Virus record (IMG/VR): IMGVR_UViG_3300038456_000361
Coordinates: 6,960 to 70,959 of that record
Origin: a virus
Direction: 5' to 3' (one strand)
DNA: 64,000 nucleotides
The position numbers were made by a program, and so were the translations under genes. This document shows positions 53,741-62,540 of the stretch, piece after piece; within the stretch, counting starts at the first letter, position 1, and each line of letters starts with the position of its first letter. The notes beneath the pieces are model-generated. The model saw nothing but the letters and a program-made list of their open reading frames with translations, made no database searches and was not told the DNA's origin.

Positions 53741-54163
53741 CTATACAAACACGCGCGAGGCCTTAGCCTTTGCCTCGATAACGCCCCTCAAGGAGGGTTC
53801 GACGAAGACCGCGGCGGCGTCCTTGCGCACGTCGGGGTTGTACGCGCGCCAGTCGTCGCCGTGGCCGATGCGCAGGTGGCACTCGGCCGGGCCCATGCAG
53901 AGCGTGATGAGGTTGCGCCGGTCCAGCTCCAGCTCGGGCCGGAGGTGGAAGGGGCGCACGTGATGCACCTGCAGGCGCGCCGTGCCCCGGCAGGCCTGGC
54001 AGAGCGGGTACTGCGCGAGGTGCTCCCGTTCGACGCGCCCCCACCCTCCGCTCCGAGGTGGCTCCCCGGACAGGAAGGTGGCGAAGGGGCTCCCGCGTTT
54101 CGCGCGTTCCCGCAGGGCCGCGAATGATACCCTATAGAGATGCTTAAGCAGCAGGAATGACAT
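53741..54163 (-). CDS. HNH endonuclease
   Basis: CQAC..LQVHHVRPFHLRPELELD..NLITLC...CH...GH. Confidence 0.85.
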   Translation of the reverse strand: MSFLLLKHLYRVSFAALRERAKRGSPFATFLSGEPPRSGGWGRVEREHLAQYPLCQACRGTARLQVHHVRPFHLRPELELDRRNLITLCMGPAECHLRIGHGDDWRAYNPDVRKDAAAVFVEPSLRGVIEAKAKASRVFV

Positions 54164-54175
54164 CTTAAAGGGTGT

Positions 54176-55039
54176 TTAGAATGCGGTTGTGACGATGCCT
54201 TGTCCGAACATCCTACGGAGTTTCTTGATGATTTTGTCCTTTTCCTTCTCGAGCTGGTCGACGCGCGCGGTCAGGAGCGCGATGTTGGGCGCGCCCACGC
54301 TCTGGCTCATGCCGTCCATGCCGAGGCTGTGCGAGGTCAGGAACATGCACGTGGCCACGATTTTCTCGAGCACCTGGTACGCGGCCTGGGCGCCGATGGC
54401 CTCGTTGACGACCACGGGGAGGATACCGTTCGGCCAGCCCGTCGTGTAGGTGATGCGCCAGTACGCGGGAATCCAGCTATTCTGGGCGAGGATGGAGAGG
54501 AACACGGCCCCGCCCGCGGACTGCGAGGGGATGAAGCCCCCGTTCTGCACGGCCACGTTCAGGGGCACGATATTGATTTGGCCCCAGCTCAGGTACGCGG
54601 TCTCAATCCAGTCCAGGGGGACGATGTAGACCTCGATGTTGTTCGCGGGCACGATGGAGAACTCTTCGATGCTCTGCACGGGCTTGTGTCGCGTCTTCAG
54701 GTACCCGAAGCTCGAGTAGTCGAAGCGGTTGAACTCCTGTTTCTCGGCGTGCTGGACGGGCATGATGTCGATGCTCGCCTCGGTCTCGATGTTGAGGATG
54801 GCGCGCCGGATTTCCTCCTCGAGGTCGGTCTTCGACCAGGTCGCGTACTTGCCCGTGAAGGGGTCCTTGATTTTGGACACGAGGGGGATGCCCTTGAGGA
54901 ACCTGTTAACGAGCTGCTCGGGCGTGAGCAGGGGCTCGAGGCGGGCGAACCCGCTGTCCACCTGGCCCGTGGGGAGGTTCGCGCCCAGGCCTGGCTTGGA
55001 GCTGTACCCGCCGTTGTCACTGCCGTTGTAGATGGCCAT
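54176..55039 (-). CDS. Head-tail adaptor (neck) protein
   Basis: P.YWRITYTTGW; S.SLGMDGMSQS. Confidence 0.7.
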   Translation of the reverse strand: MAIYNGSDNGGYSSKPGLGANLPTGQVDSGFARLEPLLTPEQLVNRFLKGIPLVSKIKDPFTGKYATWSKTDLEEEIRRAILNIETEASIDIMPVQHAEKQEFNRFDYSSFGYLKTRHKPVQSIEEFSIVPANNIEVYIVPLDWIETAYLSWGQINIVPLNVAVQNGGFIPSQSAGGAVFLSILAQNSWIPAYWRITYTTGWPNGILPVVVNEAIGAQAAYQVLEKIVATCMFLTSHSLGMDGMSQSVGAPNIALLTARVDQLEKEKDKIIKKLRRMFGQGIVTTAF

Positions 55040-55045
55040 GGTCGC

Positions 55046-55945
55046 CTACTTCTCCCACCCGAGGTCGTCGTTGATGAAGTCCGGATAGGGGCTCTGGTAC
55101 CTCACGGCGTACTGGTCCATGGTCTGGATGCGGAGCTTGCCCTGCGTGAGGCCGCTCGTGGTCTGCATGGTGCCCACGCGGATGTCCCCGGAGTTGGTGA
55201 GGTGCAGGGGGTAGGTGATGCCCACGCTCCGAGGCGGCAGCGACGGCCCCGAGAAGAGGCCGGAAATCTTGGTGGCGGTGATTTGCGTGCTCGTGCTCGT
55301 GCCCGTCACGAGGTAGAAACCCCCGTTGGCGTTGCTCCCGTGCCAGTGCGGGACGTACATGTTGTACTCGTCCCAGTAGGGCCAGTCCGGGTAGCCCCAC
55401 CAGCGGAAGAACTGCAGGTAGAGGTCGCTGTCCACGCCGATGACAATCGTGGAGCCCGCGGCGGGGAGCTGCGCGAAGGTGGCACCGCCCGTGAGGGTGA
55501 TGGTGACGTTGTTGCTGACCGCGAGGAGGCTGATGCCCGGGTAGGTCGGGGGCGTGTCAACGGGGAACGGGTACGTGATGCCCGGGGTGCTGTACTCGGT
55601 CAGGGACAGGAGGATGTCCGGGGTGCCCAGGCACGCGAGGTCCGTGGGCATGAGCTGGAGCGCGAAGATGCTCGGGTCCTGGTAGGGCACGGGCTGCGTG
55701 GCGACGCGCTTGATGCACTTGCAGTCGTCTATGTTGTGGATGTCCACCATCAGGTACGCGCCCGAGGCGGGCACATATCTCATCCCCGGCCAACGGTACT
55801 CGCTGCCGTTGGTGTCCTTGCTGACGTCGGTCAGCTGGAAGTAGAGCGTGACCGGGGTCGTGCTCTTGTTCAGGCGCCAGGAATCGACGCGCCGGAAAGA
55901 ATTGACAGAATTGAAGTCTTCAAGTGGCTGGAATGACAAAAGCAT
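55046..55945 (-). CDS. Putative structural protein
   Basis: LYFQL.D...RYVPA; late promoter at 55971. Confidence 0.6.
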   Translation of the reverse strand: MLLSFQPLEDFNSVNSFRRVDSWRLNKSTTPVTLYFQLTDVSKDTNGSEYRWPGMRYVPASGAYLMVDIHNIDDCKCIKRVATQPVPYQDPSIFALQLMPTDLACLGTPDILLSLTEYSTPGITYPFPVDTPPTYPGISLLAVSNNVTITLTGGATFAQLPAAGSTIVIGVDSDLYLQFFRWWGYPDWPYWDEYNMYVPHWHGSNANGGFYLVTGTSTSTQITATKISGLFSGPSLPPRSVGITYPLHLTNSGDIRVGTMQTTSGLTQGKLRIQTMDQYAVRYQSPYPDFINDDLGWEK

Positions 55946-55984
55946 AGGGCAGAGACCTCTTCTCTGCCCCTAGATTGCCGCCCT

Positions 55985-56725
55985 TCAGGCGGGCATCTTG
56001 TCGCCCTTCTGGATGTTCTCCCACCACCACAGGGGCTGCAAGTTCGTGTAGTGGAAGCATTGGCGCTGCTGCCTCAGGTCGCTCAGGTCGAAGCTCGCGC
56101 AGGGGCGGATGTGGTCGACGTGCCAGCCTTTGACGCCGTAGTTCTCCCAGGCCATGCCCTTCTTAAAGAGTTTTTGAAGATGGGCTCGAAGAAATTCCAC
56201 ACTACATCCAACAAGCTCAAGGGTGCTGGCCATCTTCTTCTTGCCGCGAAGAGCCAGTCGGATGCGGGCCCGTAAGCGGTGGCGCATCCTATAGTCAGGG
56301 TCCTCGAGACAACGCCGCTGCGCATACGCATTGTTTCTGGCTGTGATTTCCTTACGATGGGCTTTTCGGTACTCGGCCTCTTTGCGTAAAATCTTCTTAA
56401 GATTGGCCTTACGGTATGCGGCGTCACGAACCCTCTTTTCCTTGCGATGAGCCTTGTTGTACGCCCTGGACTTAGCCTTAAATCTCTCGATATTGGTTCT
56501 GTAGTAGGAGGCTCTTTTAGTCCTGATTTTCTCTGAGTTGGTTTTGTAATAAGCGGCCTTCTTGGAACCAATCTGCTTAGCATGGGTACGATAGTATGCA
56601 GCACTCTTGAGCTTAAGCTCCCGAGCATGAGCCTTGCGGTACGCCCGTGACTGAATACGGAGCTTCTTGGAATGAACCCTTCGGTATTCTCTCTGATAGG
56701 CCGCCGTCTTCTCTTTTTTTGTCAT
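55985..56725 (-). CDS. HNH-type homing endonuclease with 15-aa tandem repeats
   Basis: WENYG..WHVDHIRPCASFDL...TNLQPLW; start MTKKEK; low GC. Confidence 0.85.
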   Translation of the reverse strand: MTKKEKTAAYQREYRRVHSKKLRIQSRAYRKAHARELKLKSAAYYRTHAKQIGSKKAAYYKTNSEKIRTKRASYYRTNIERFKAKSRAYNKAHRKEKRVRDAAYRKANLKKILRKEAEYRKAHRKEITARNNAYAQRRCLEDPDYRMRHRLRARIRLALRGKKKMASTLELVGCSVEFLRAHLQKLFKKGMAWENYGVKGWHVDHIRPCASFDLSDLRQQRQCFHYTNLQPLWWWENIQKGDKMPA

Positions 56726-57423
56726 CGCCTGTTCTCCAAGGCCGCCACCAGCCACGGCTCGAGGGCTTCCTCGTAGGCCGCCCGGGGCTCCGGGGACGCG
56801 GTGTTGTACCGCGACCACCAGTTCCGGGGCTCGTCGGCACCGTACTCGCGCTGGAGGATGGCGAGCACGCGAGCCCCGAACCACAGCGCGTACGCGTCGT
56901 CCTCGACCAGGCGGTCGGGCTCCAGGTCCCAGTGGTCCACCCATACCGTGTTCACCTGGGTGAGGCCGTGGTCGCACACGGGCACGCTAGCACGGTTCCG
57001 GGCCACCAGGTAGCAGGACAGCGTGTGCGCCCTGAAGTTGCTCTCCTGACGAACTACCGCCGCCAGCAGCAGGGGGTCTACCCCGAAGTGGCGTGCCGCG
57101 AAGACAATGCCCCGGGCGAGCTGCCATGCCCTCGAAGCCCCTACTTGCGGGGCGACTTCTTGGACGTAGGCTTTGACTTCTTGGGCGCCGGTTTGGGACC
57201 TGCCTTGCGCTTGACGCGGAGCAGGAGATTCTTGACCTGCTCGTGAATCGTGGCCACATGGCTGACTGGCATCTCGCGGAAGCGCTCCTCGAGTGTCCGC
57301 AACTTGCGCGGTGGGGGATTCAGGAACTCGTCCAGAGGGTCTCGGGGTTGCAGGGGACTGACCCCCACTGGAAGCGGCGAGGGTGGCTGCGAGGGCGAGG
57401 GCGGCGGCTGTTTGAGGAACCAT
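56722..57423 (-). CDS. Lytic transglycosylase (SLT domain) with signal peptide
   Basis: GVDPLLLAAVVRQESNF, GLTQVN, RYN; AAGGAG SD. Confidence 0.85.
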   Translation of the reverse strand: MVPQTAAALALAATLAASSGGQSPATPRPSGRVPESPTAQVADTRGALPRDASQPCGHDSRAGQESPAPRQAQGRSQTGAQEVKAYVQEVAPQVGASRAWQLARGIVFAARHFGVDPLLLAAVVRQESNFRAHTLSCYLVARNRASVPVCDHGLTQVNTVWVDHWDLEPDRLVEDDAYALWFGARVLAILQREYGADEPRNWWSRYNTASPEPRAAYEEALEPWLVAALENRR

Positions 57424-57656
57424 TCGTCAATCTCCTTCCCTTCAGTAGACACCCTTTCCTCGCCTTTGACAACCCTGCGCAGCCAGGAGATGAGGAACAC
57501 CGCATGTAGGGCTAGCACCCACACACTCAGAGCCGCGTACGCGCGCCAGTTGCCGGGGAGGAAGAGGTCGGCGCCCAGCTTGTAGTTCAGGCAGGCCATG
57601 CCGGTCATGAGCAGGACCGCCACGTAGTCCATGGCCTTGCGGAGGAGGCTAATCAC
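57141..57656 (-). CDS. Membrane protein with Pro/Lys-rich tail, overlapping the SLT gene
   Basis: Two TM segments; GTGA coupling. Confidence 0.55.
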   Translation of the reverse strand: MISLLRKAMDYVAVLLMTGMACLNYKLGADLFLPGNWRAYAALSVWVLALHAVFLISWLRRVVKGEERVSTEGKEIDEWFLKQPPPSPSQPPSPLPVGVSPLQPRDPLDEFLNPPPRKLRTLEERFREMPVSHVATIHEQVKNLLLRVKRKAGPKPAPKKSKPTSKKSPRK

Positions 57657-57858
57657 GCTTGCACTTCTCCTTCCACTCCTCGAGGCGGCTCTTCTTGGCG
57701 GGCAGCTTCTCTGGGAGATTCAGGACGATGGCGAGGAAGTTGAGGCCGAGCGCCACCACGAACACGGGCACGGACCCCGGGGGCCCGAAGGCGACCCCCA
57801 CGAGGGAGAGGGAGAAGCACGCGATGTTCATGCCCAGGGAGAACTGGCGGAGCGTCAT
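57649..57858 (-). CDS. Small protein with two TM segments
   Basis: Hydrophobic; GGAGG SD. Confidence 0.55.
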   Translation of the reverse strand: MTLRQFSLGMNIACFSLSLVGVAFGPPGSVPVFVVALGLNFLAIVLNLPEKLPAKKSRLEEWKEKCKRD

Positions 57859-57863
57859 CGCCG

Positions 57864-58493
57864 TCACCCCTCCTCGGGCAGCGGAAACACGGGTGGGGTG
57901 CTGGCATCGATACACGCGTCCGCCGAGAGCAGGAGCTTCGTCACCCTCACGAGCGTGTAGGGGATGACCCGCGCCTTGGTCTCGGCGGCCTTGGCGAGAC
58001 GCGCCCGGATGATGTCCTGGGTGGCGGCCTCGTCAGCACCCGCCTTGAGCGCCTCCAGGCGAGCGTCGATGAGGATGGATGTGGCGTTGTGCTCGTCGTC
58101 GGTGCCGTACAGGTAGTTCACGCTCGATTCCGGGTGGAAATAGAGGGGTAGCCCCTCCTCGATGTCCAAGCGCTCCGGGCACCCGTACTGGATGAGGGCG
58201 TCCGCGACAATCCCCCGGGAGCCAGGGCCGTCCTCGATGAGGACCCTGGCCGTCCCTATGGTCTTACCCCCGGCATCCACGACGACCACGGGGTTCTCGA
58301 CGTCGAGGTTCAGGCCCATCCTCTCGGGGAAGGAGAGGACGACGCCCCTGACCCGGAAGAGGCGCACCTGCTCGTCCGTGAAGGCACGCTCGATGTCCAC
58401 GCCGGTGGTGTCCCCGACGGTGACCTCCGCCGCGCCCGCCGTCGGCGTTGTCGTATCGTCTTTGTACACGTCGCCACTGAGGTGCATGCTCAT
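57864..58493 (-). CDS. Hypothetical protein
   Basis: TGTGGTATATT promoter at 58523-58513; AAGGAG SD. Confidence 0.7.
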   Translation of the reverse strand: MSMHLSGDVYKDDTTTPTAGAAEVTVGDTTGVDIERAFTDEQVRLFRVRGVVLSFPERMGLNLDVENPVVVVDAGGKTIGTARVLIEDGPGSRGIVADALIQYGCPERLDIEEGLPLYFHPESSVNYLYGTDDEHNATSILIDARLEALKAGADEAATQDIIRARLAKAAETKARVIPYTLVRVTKLLLSADACIDASTPPVFPLPEEG

Positions 58494-58526
58494 CGTCGTT
58501 CTCCTTGGTGGGAATATACCACAGCC

Positions 58527-58868
58527 TCAGGCCTTCGCCAGGGGCTGCGTGAAACGGGGTAGGGGGTTGCCGTCGATGAGACCCGCGTCCACAAGCGCCT
58601 TCGCGAGCGCGATGACAATCCCCGCGTACGTGGGGTCGGCTTCCATGTCGTCCCGCTGGTCTGCGAGGAAGTACTGGGGCTCGCAGCGGCGGACGAGGTC
58701 CGTGGCCCGGGTTATCTCGCCGTGGTCCACGAGGTAATCGTGCGCGAGCGCGACCTGGCCCTTGAAGTACACACGCTTGGAAATCTTGCCCGTGTTGAGC
58801 AACTCCTCGAGCGCGAGTTCGGCGCGCTGGAGCTGCTGCAGGCGGAAGAGCTTCTCCTCGGGGGTCAT
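58527..58868 (-). CDS. Hypothetical protein
   Basis: Start MTPEEK. Confidence 0.6.
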   Translation of the reverse strand: MTPEEKLFRLQQLQRAELALEELLNTGKISKRVYFKGQVALAHDYLVDHGEITRATDLVRRCEPQYFLADQRDDMEADPTYAGIVIALAKALVDAGLIDGNPLPRFTQPLAKA

Positions 58869-59143
58869 CACTCTCCGCCCTCCGTGCCCGTCTTGGCGAG
58901 GATGGCGCGGGTATCCAGACAGACAGTGCAGTGCGGGTCTCCGTGAGGGTCCCGACACCAGCAAAAGTCCGGCGGTTCGTACATCCCCCCGAGCCTTTGA
59001 AGCGCCCCGCGCAACTCCGCCCGCTCCTCGCGTAAGCGGCGCAGCTCGGCGATGAGGTCGTCCCAGGCCTTGATGCACTGCCAGATGGCCTCTACCGGCG
59101 ACTTCATCTCCTCGGACGTGGGGTTGGGCATGGGCTTCATCAT
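58868..59143 (-). CDS. Hypothetical protein
   Basis: Coupled ORF; CWC..H...C. Confidence 0.55.
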   Translation of the reverse strand: MMKPMPNPTSEEMKSPVEAIWQCIKAWDDLIAELRRLREERAELRGALQRLGGMYEPPDFCWCRDPHGDPHCTVCLDTRAILAKTGTEGGE

Positions 59144-59352
59144 CGGTGGCTCCTCTCCCAGCCCTCGGCCTTCTCGGGGTCGTCACTTCCAAGCTCGGGC
59201 TCGAGACCTATCCACACATCGACGAGCTGCCGCAGGTGCTCGGTGAACTTGCCGTCCTTTATCATGTCCGGGGTGATGGCGGCCATGGCCCTACGGAGGC
59301 TCTTCTCGTCCGCAATGACTTCCCTACCGTGGGTGTCGCAGAGGTCGCACAT
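59140..59352 (-). CDS. Hypothetical protein
   Basis: Start MCDLC. Confidence 0.55.
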   Translation of the reverse strand: MCDLCDTHGREVIADEKSLRRAMAAITPDMIKDGKFTEHLRQLVDVWIGLEPELGSDDPEKAEGWERSHR

Positions 59353-59356
59353 GGGC

Positions 59357-59566
59357 TCAGTTCCTGTCTTTCTCTGTGGATGTCTGTAGGAAGAGGATGA
59401 CCCGGCCCGTGCCATTCGCCTTGGCCTCGGCCAGGAGGCCCGCGAGCGTCTTCTCGGAGAACATGAGCACCTTCCCGTCCTCGACGCTGAGCAGGCCCAC
59501 GCCCTTCAGCTCGCACTGGGTGAGGAGGTACTCTGCCGCGGCGGCCTCGCGCTCTTCGTCAGTCAT
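59357..59566 (-). CDS. Hypothetical protein
   Basis: Coupled ORF. Confidence 0.55.
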   Translation of the reverse strand: MTDEEREAAAAEYLLTQCELKGVGLLSVEDGKVLMFSEKTLAGLLAEAKANGTGRVILFLQTSTEKDRN

Positions 59567-60242
59567 TGGCGTTCCACCCGAGGGCCTCTGTCGTGGCCGG
59601 AAAGTTCTCAGCGAAGATGGCGCGGATGTCGTTGGCGATGTCCCGGTGCTCCTTCTGGGCGTGGACGTCCGTGCGCACCTGCAGATAGTGCAACCAGCTT
59701 CTCAGAGACCCCTTCATGTACAGGCGCGTCTCCGTGTTCAGGGGCAGGAGGAAACGTGCACACTCCTTGGCAATGCCCTTCTTGAGCGCCTCCTCGTAGA
59801 GGCCGAAGCTCCGGTCCCAGACCAGGGACTGGGCGTCGTCGAACCACCCGCGGGTGTGCTCGGGGAGGTCATCGACGCTGTCCTGACGGTTCTTCTCGGC
59901 CTGCCGGCGGGCGTCGTAGCGCACGTAGTCGGTGGCCTTGGCGTAGCGCTGGCTGAACTCCTGGAAGCTGAAGCTGCGGTGACGGAGAATCTGGGCGGCA
60001 ATGGCCCTGCTGGTGTTGATTTCCACTGTCAGGTCAACCATCTCGAACGGCGACCAGTGTTTTTGCCGAATGAGGTAGGCAATGAGCTTGGCGCTCGTCT
60101 CGAATTTCCCCTGGTTCTCGGGATTGCTGACACGGGCGATGTACACGAGCAGCTCCTCGGCAGTGAAGTCGGAGGAGCACCCCGGTGTACCCAGGCGGGA
60201 CGCGGTGAGGCTGACCAGACTGACCCTCTTTGGCTCGCTCAC
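59559..60242 (-). CDS. thyX: FAD-dependent thymidylate synthase
   Basis: HWSPFE, QILRHRSFSFQEFSQRY, ECARFLLP, AQKEHR. Confidence 0.96.
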   Translation of the reverse strand: MSEPKRVSLVSLTASRLGTPGCSSDFTAEELLVYIARVSNPENQGKFETSAKLIAYLIRQKHWSPFEMVDLTVEINTSRAIAAQILRHRSFSFQEFSQRYAKATDYVRYDARRQAEKNRQDSVDDLPEHTRGWFDDAQSLVWDRSFGLYEEALKKGIAKECARFLLPLNTETRLYMKGSLRSWLHYLQVRTDVHAQKEHRDIANDIRAIFAENFPATTEALGWNAND

Positions 60243-60661
60243 GTCGGCTCCTTCGGGGGTGGGTCCTGGTAGGGCTCGCCCGTGAACTCGATGAACTCGC
60301 AAGGCTCCCCCGTCTTCAGGGACCGCGCGGCCATGACGGCTCGCAGGGGCACACGCACGCGGTGGTTCTTGCCCTGGAAGCTCAGGGTCTGCTCGATGGC
60401 CTCGTCCGTGACCACGAGGTCGTTGATGTCGAACCTCACGCTGAAGTTGAGCCGGAGGTTCATGTCCCCCCCCCATGCGTCCGGCACGTTCACGCCCGGG
60501 AGCGTGGCGTCCACCTGCACCTGGATGCCCCCCTGGGCGAGGAGCCGCTCGAGGGCGGCGCGCTTCTTGGGCTGCGCCGGTTGGGTGGGCTCGACCACCC
60601 GGGCGGCGCTGAGCTGCCTCTGGGCTTCGAGCGTTTCCGCGAAGAGGATGTCGAGGTTCAT
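60239..60661 (-). CDS. sspB: SspB-like ClpXP adaptor
   Basis: VQVDATLPGVNVP...LRLNFS.RF...DL.V...TLSFQG...VRVP..AV.A. Confidence 0.8.
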   Translation of the reverse strand: MNLDILFAETLEAQRQLSAARVVEPTQPAQPKKRAALERLLAQGGIQVQVDATLPGVNVPDAWGGDMNLRLNFSVRFDINDLVVTDEAIEQTLSFQGKNHRVRVPLRAVMAARSLKTGEPCEFIEFTGEPYQDPPPKEPT

Positions 60662-61101
60662 TTCTTGGCCTTCACGTAGGAGGCGACGGCCCCGTTGACG
60701 ATGCGCAACTGAAAGTCGCTCCACTCATCGCTTCTGATGGGTCGCAGGTAGTGGTGCCCGTGACCCTTGCGGTCATCGTAGGTGAGTACCTGCACGTCTT
60801 CCTTGCTGCTGTACTGGCGCGCCACGTACACGAGCTGCTTCAGGCGCACCATGGACATCCTCTCCAGCTCGAGGTCGCGGAAGAGCAGGTTTGCCGGCGC
60901 GGTACAGCCATAGCAGGTCCACGTGCTCGCGGGCGCGTCCTTGCTGTCGAGGTTGTAGCAGAGTTTCTCATTGCAGGCGTCGTGACGCAGCTCGAAGGGC
61001 AGAGGCGCATCGTAGGCGCCCGTGACGATGTCCCTGTACATGTCCATGTGCGCGCGGCTCACGTGGTCACGCACCTCGCGGTCGAAGTTCCCGAACATCA
61101 C
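60658..61101 (-). CDS. Hypothetical protein
   Basis: Coupled ORF. Confidence 0.55.
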   Translation of the reverse strand: MMFGNFDREVRDHVSRAHMDMYRDIVTGAYDAPLPFELRHDACNEKLCYNLDSKDAPASTWTCYGCTAPANLLFRDLELERMSMVRLKQLVYVARQYSSKEDVQVLTYDDRKGHGHHYLRPIRSDEWSDFQLRIVNGAVASYVKAKK

Positions 61102-61294
61102 CGACCCCGCTTCTTGGTGGGCTTCTTCATGCCCTTGACCCTACTGGGGCGCGTGCCGGCTGTCAACTTCACGGGGCGCCTCAGGGCCTGGACCACGAGT
61201 TTCACCAGGGAATTGGAGTGAGCGCAGGCCGTACCTTTGGCGGCCTCCAGGCCCTTGTACTGGTCCCCGCAGTTGACGCAAACCCAGGTGGCCA

Positions 61295-61702
61295 TCAGCG
61301 AATTCTCCAGGTGTCGGCATAATCGGACATGACGAAAAATCGAACATCCTCGGCGAGGGATGCTTCGGGCCATACCCGCGCGGCCAGGAACACCCCCAGG
61401 CCGGCCACCGAGGCCAATTCCAACTCCCTGCGCATGCCCGCGGTGACGCCCTTGGGACTGTCGAGCCACCAGATGTCCTCACACGTCAGGAGGAAGTTCA
61501 GACCCGCGTTGATACCCTGGTCGCGCTCGCTCTCGACGGCGTCGTTCAGAGCCCCAGGGTAGAGTAAATGAGGGGCAAATGGCGCACGGCCATTCCGTAC
61601 AGCATGCGCCAGGAGCGCCTTAGCTGTATCGACATTGTCAGCCTGCTCCTCGGGGGTTGCGCCTCGGAAAGGACTGCAGATGAAGACGCGCTTGTTGGGC
61701 AT
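61295..61702 (-). CDS. DUF4406-like / nucleoside deoxyribosyltransferase-fold protein
   Basis: VFICSPFRG, APFAPHLLY, ER..G, GM.RE. Confidence 0.75.
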   Translation of the reverse strand: MPNKRVFICSPFRGATPEEQADNVDTAKALLAHAVRNGRAPFAPHLLYPGALNDAVESERDQGINAGLNFLLTCEDIWWLDSPKGVTAGMRRELELASVAGLGVFLAARVWPEASLAEDVRFFVMSDYADTWRIR

Positions 61703-61706
61703 GGCA

Positions 61707-61904
61707 TCAGACCTCTTTCCGGAGGCGTGTCTCGAGGAGGCTCTCCGCGGCGGACCTCAGGGCCAGGAAGGCGCGAAGCTTGGACTTCGTGGTCACGCGC
61801 TCGGTGTCGCTCATCTCCGACCACGTCTTGCCCGTGAGGGCCTTCTCCCGGGCCTGGCGCTTGCGCTGGTGCTTCATCTGGGCTCGGAACTTGCTGGGGC
61901 TCAT
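61707..61904 (-). CDS. Small basic protein
   Basis: Packed ORF. Confidence 0.5.
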   Translation of the reverse strand: MSPSKFRAQMKHQRKRQAREKALTGKTWSEMSDTERVTTKSKLRAFLALRSAAESLLETRLRKEV

Positions 61905-62082
61905 GGCTTGCTCTCCTCTGGGCGGGAAACCCGCACGTAGTTGACGACGTTCAACGCGGCTTTGACGGCCTCGAGGTCCTCGGGGCTTGTGGCGACGACG
62001 TCCTGGAACTCTGGGCTGGCCTCGAAGGCGGTGAGAAGCTCGTGGAGCTGCTGCAGCTCCTCCAGGGTTAGGTTGCTCATAC

Positions 62083-62253
62083 TCAGCTCTTCTTCGCGAG
62101 ACGTGCCGCGAGCTTGGCGCGCTCCTTCTTGGCGGCGAACCCCTTGGTGTCGAGGTACTGCAGCTGCGCCTCCGGGCTCCGGGCTCGGGCCTGGCGGTCG
62201 AGGGCCCCCTCTTGACGACGTGCTTGCGCTACCTTGTTCTGGTCTGTCTTCAT
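62083..62253 (-). CDS. Small basic protein
   Basis: RSPEAQLQYLD...KERAKL; GGAGG SD. Confidence 0.55.
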   Translation of the reverse strand: MKTDQNKVAQARRQEGALDRQARARSPEAQLQYLDTKGFAAKKERAKLAARLAKKS

Positions 62254-62288
62254 TGGCGTGTTCGCCTCCGACGTTGTGGGTGGGACTA

Positions 62289-62525
62289 CTACTTGGCTGT
62301 GGACGGCCCGGTCGGGCACTTCACGTCATCCAGGATTACGATGGCGGGGATGATGAGCGTCTCCGAGAAGATGAGGCCGATGACGATGTTCTTGACGCTG
62401 AAATCGTAGTTGAGGGTCTTGACCTCCTCGGTCTGGACGCCGATGCACTTCCCGTAGTTGGTGTTGCGCGTGCACCCCCCGAGGAGGGCGAGGGCGGCGA
62501 CGACAGCTACAGTGGTCTTCTTCAT
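62289..62525 (-). CDS. Small phage lipoprotein
   Basis: LGGC lipobox; TNYGKCIG; IFSETLIIP. Confidence 0.7.
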   Translation of the reverse strand: MKKTTVAVVAALALLGGCTRNTNYGKCIGVQTEEVKTLNYDFSVKNIVIGLIFSETLIIPAIVILDDVKCPTGPSTAK

Positions 62526-62540
62526 GGTGATGTTCCTTTC

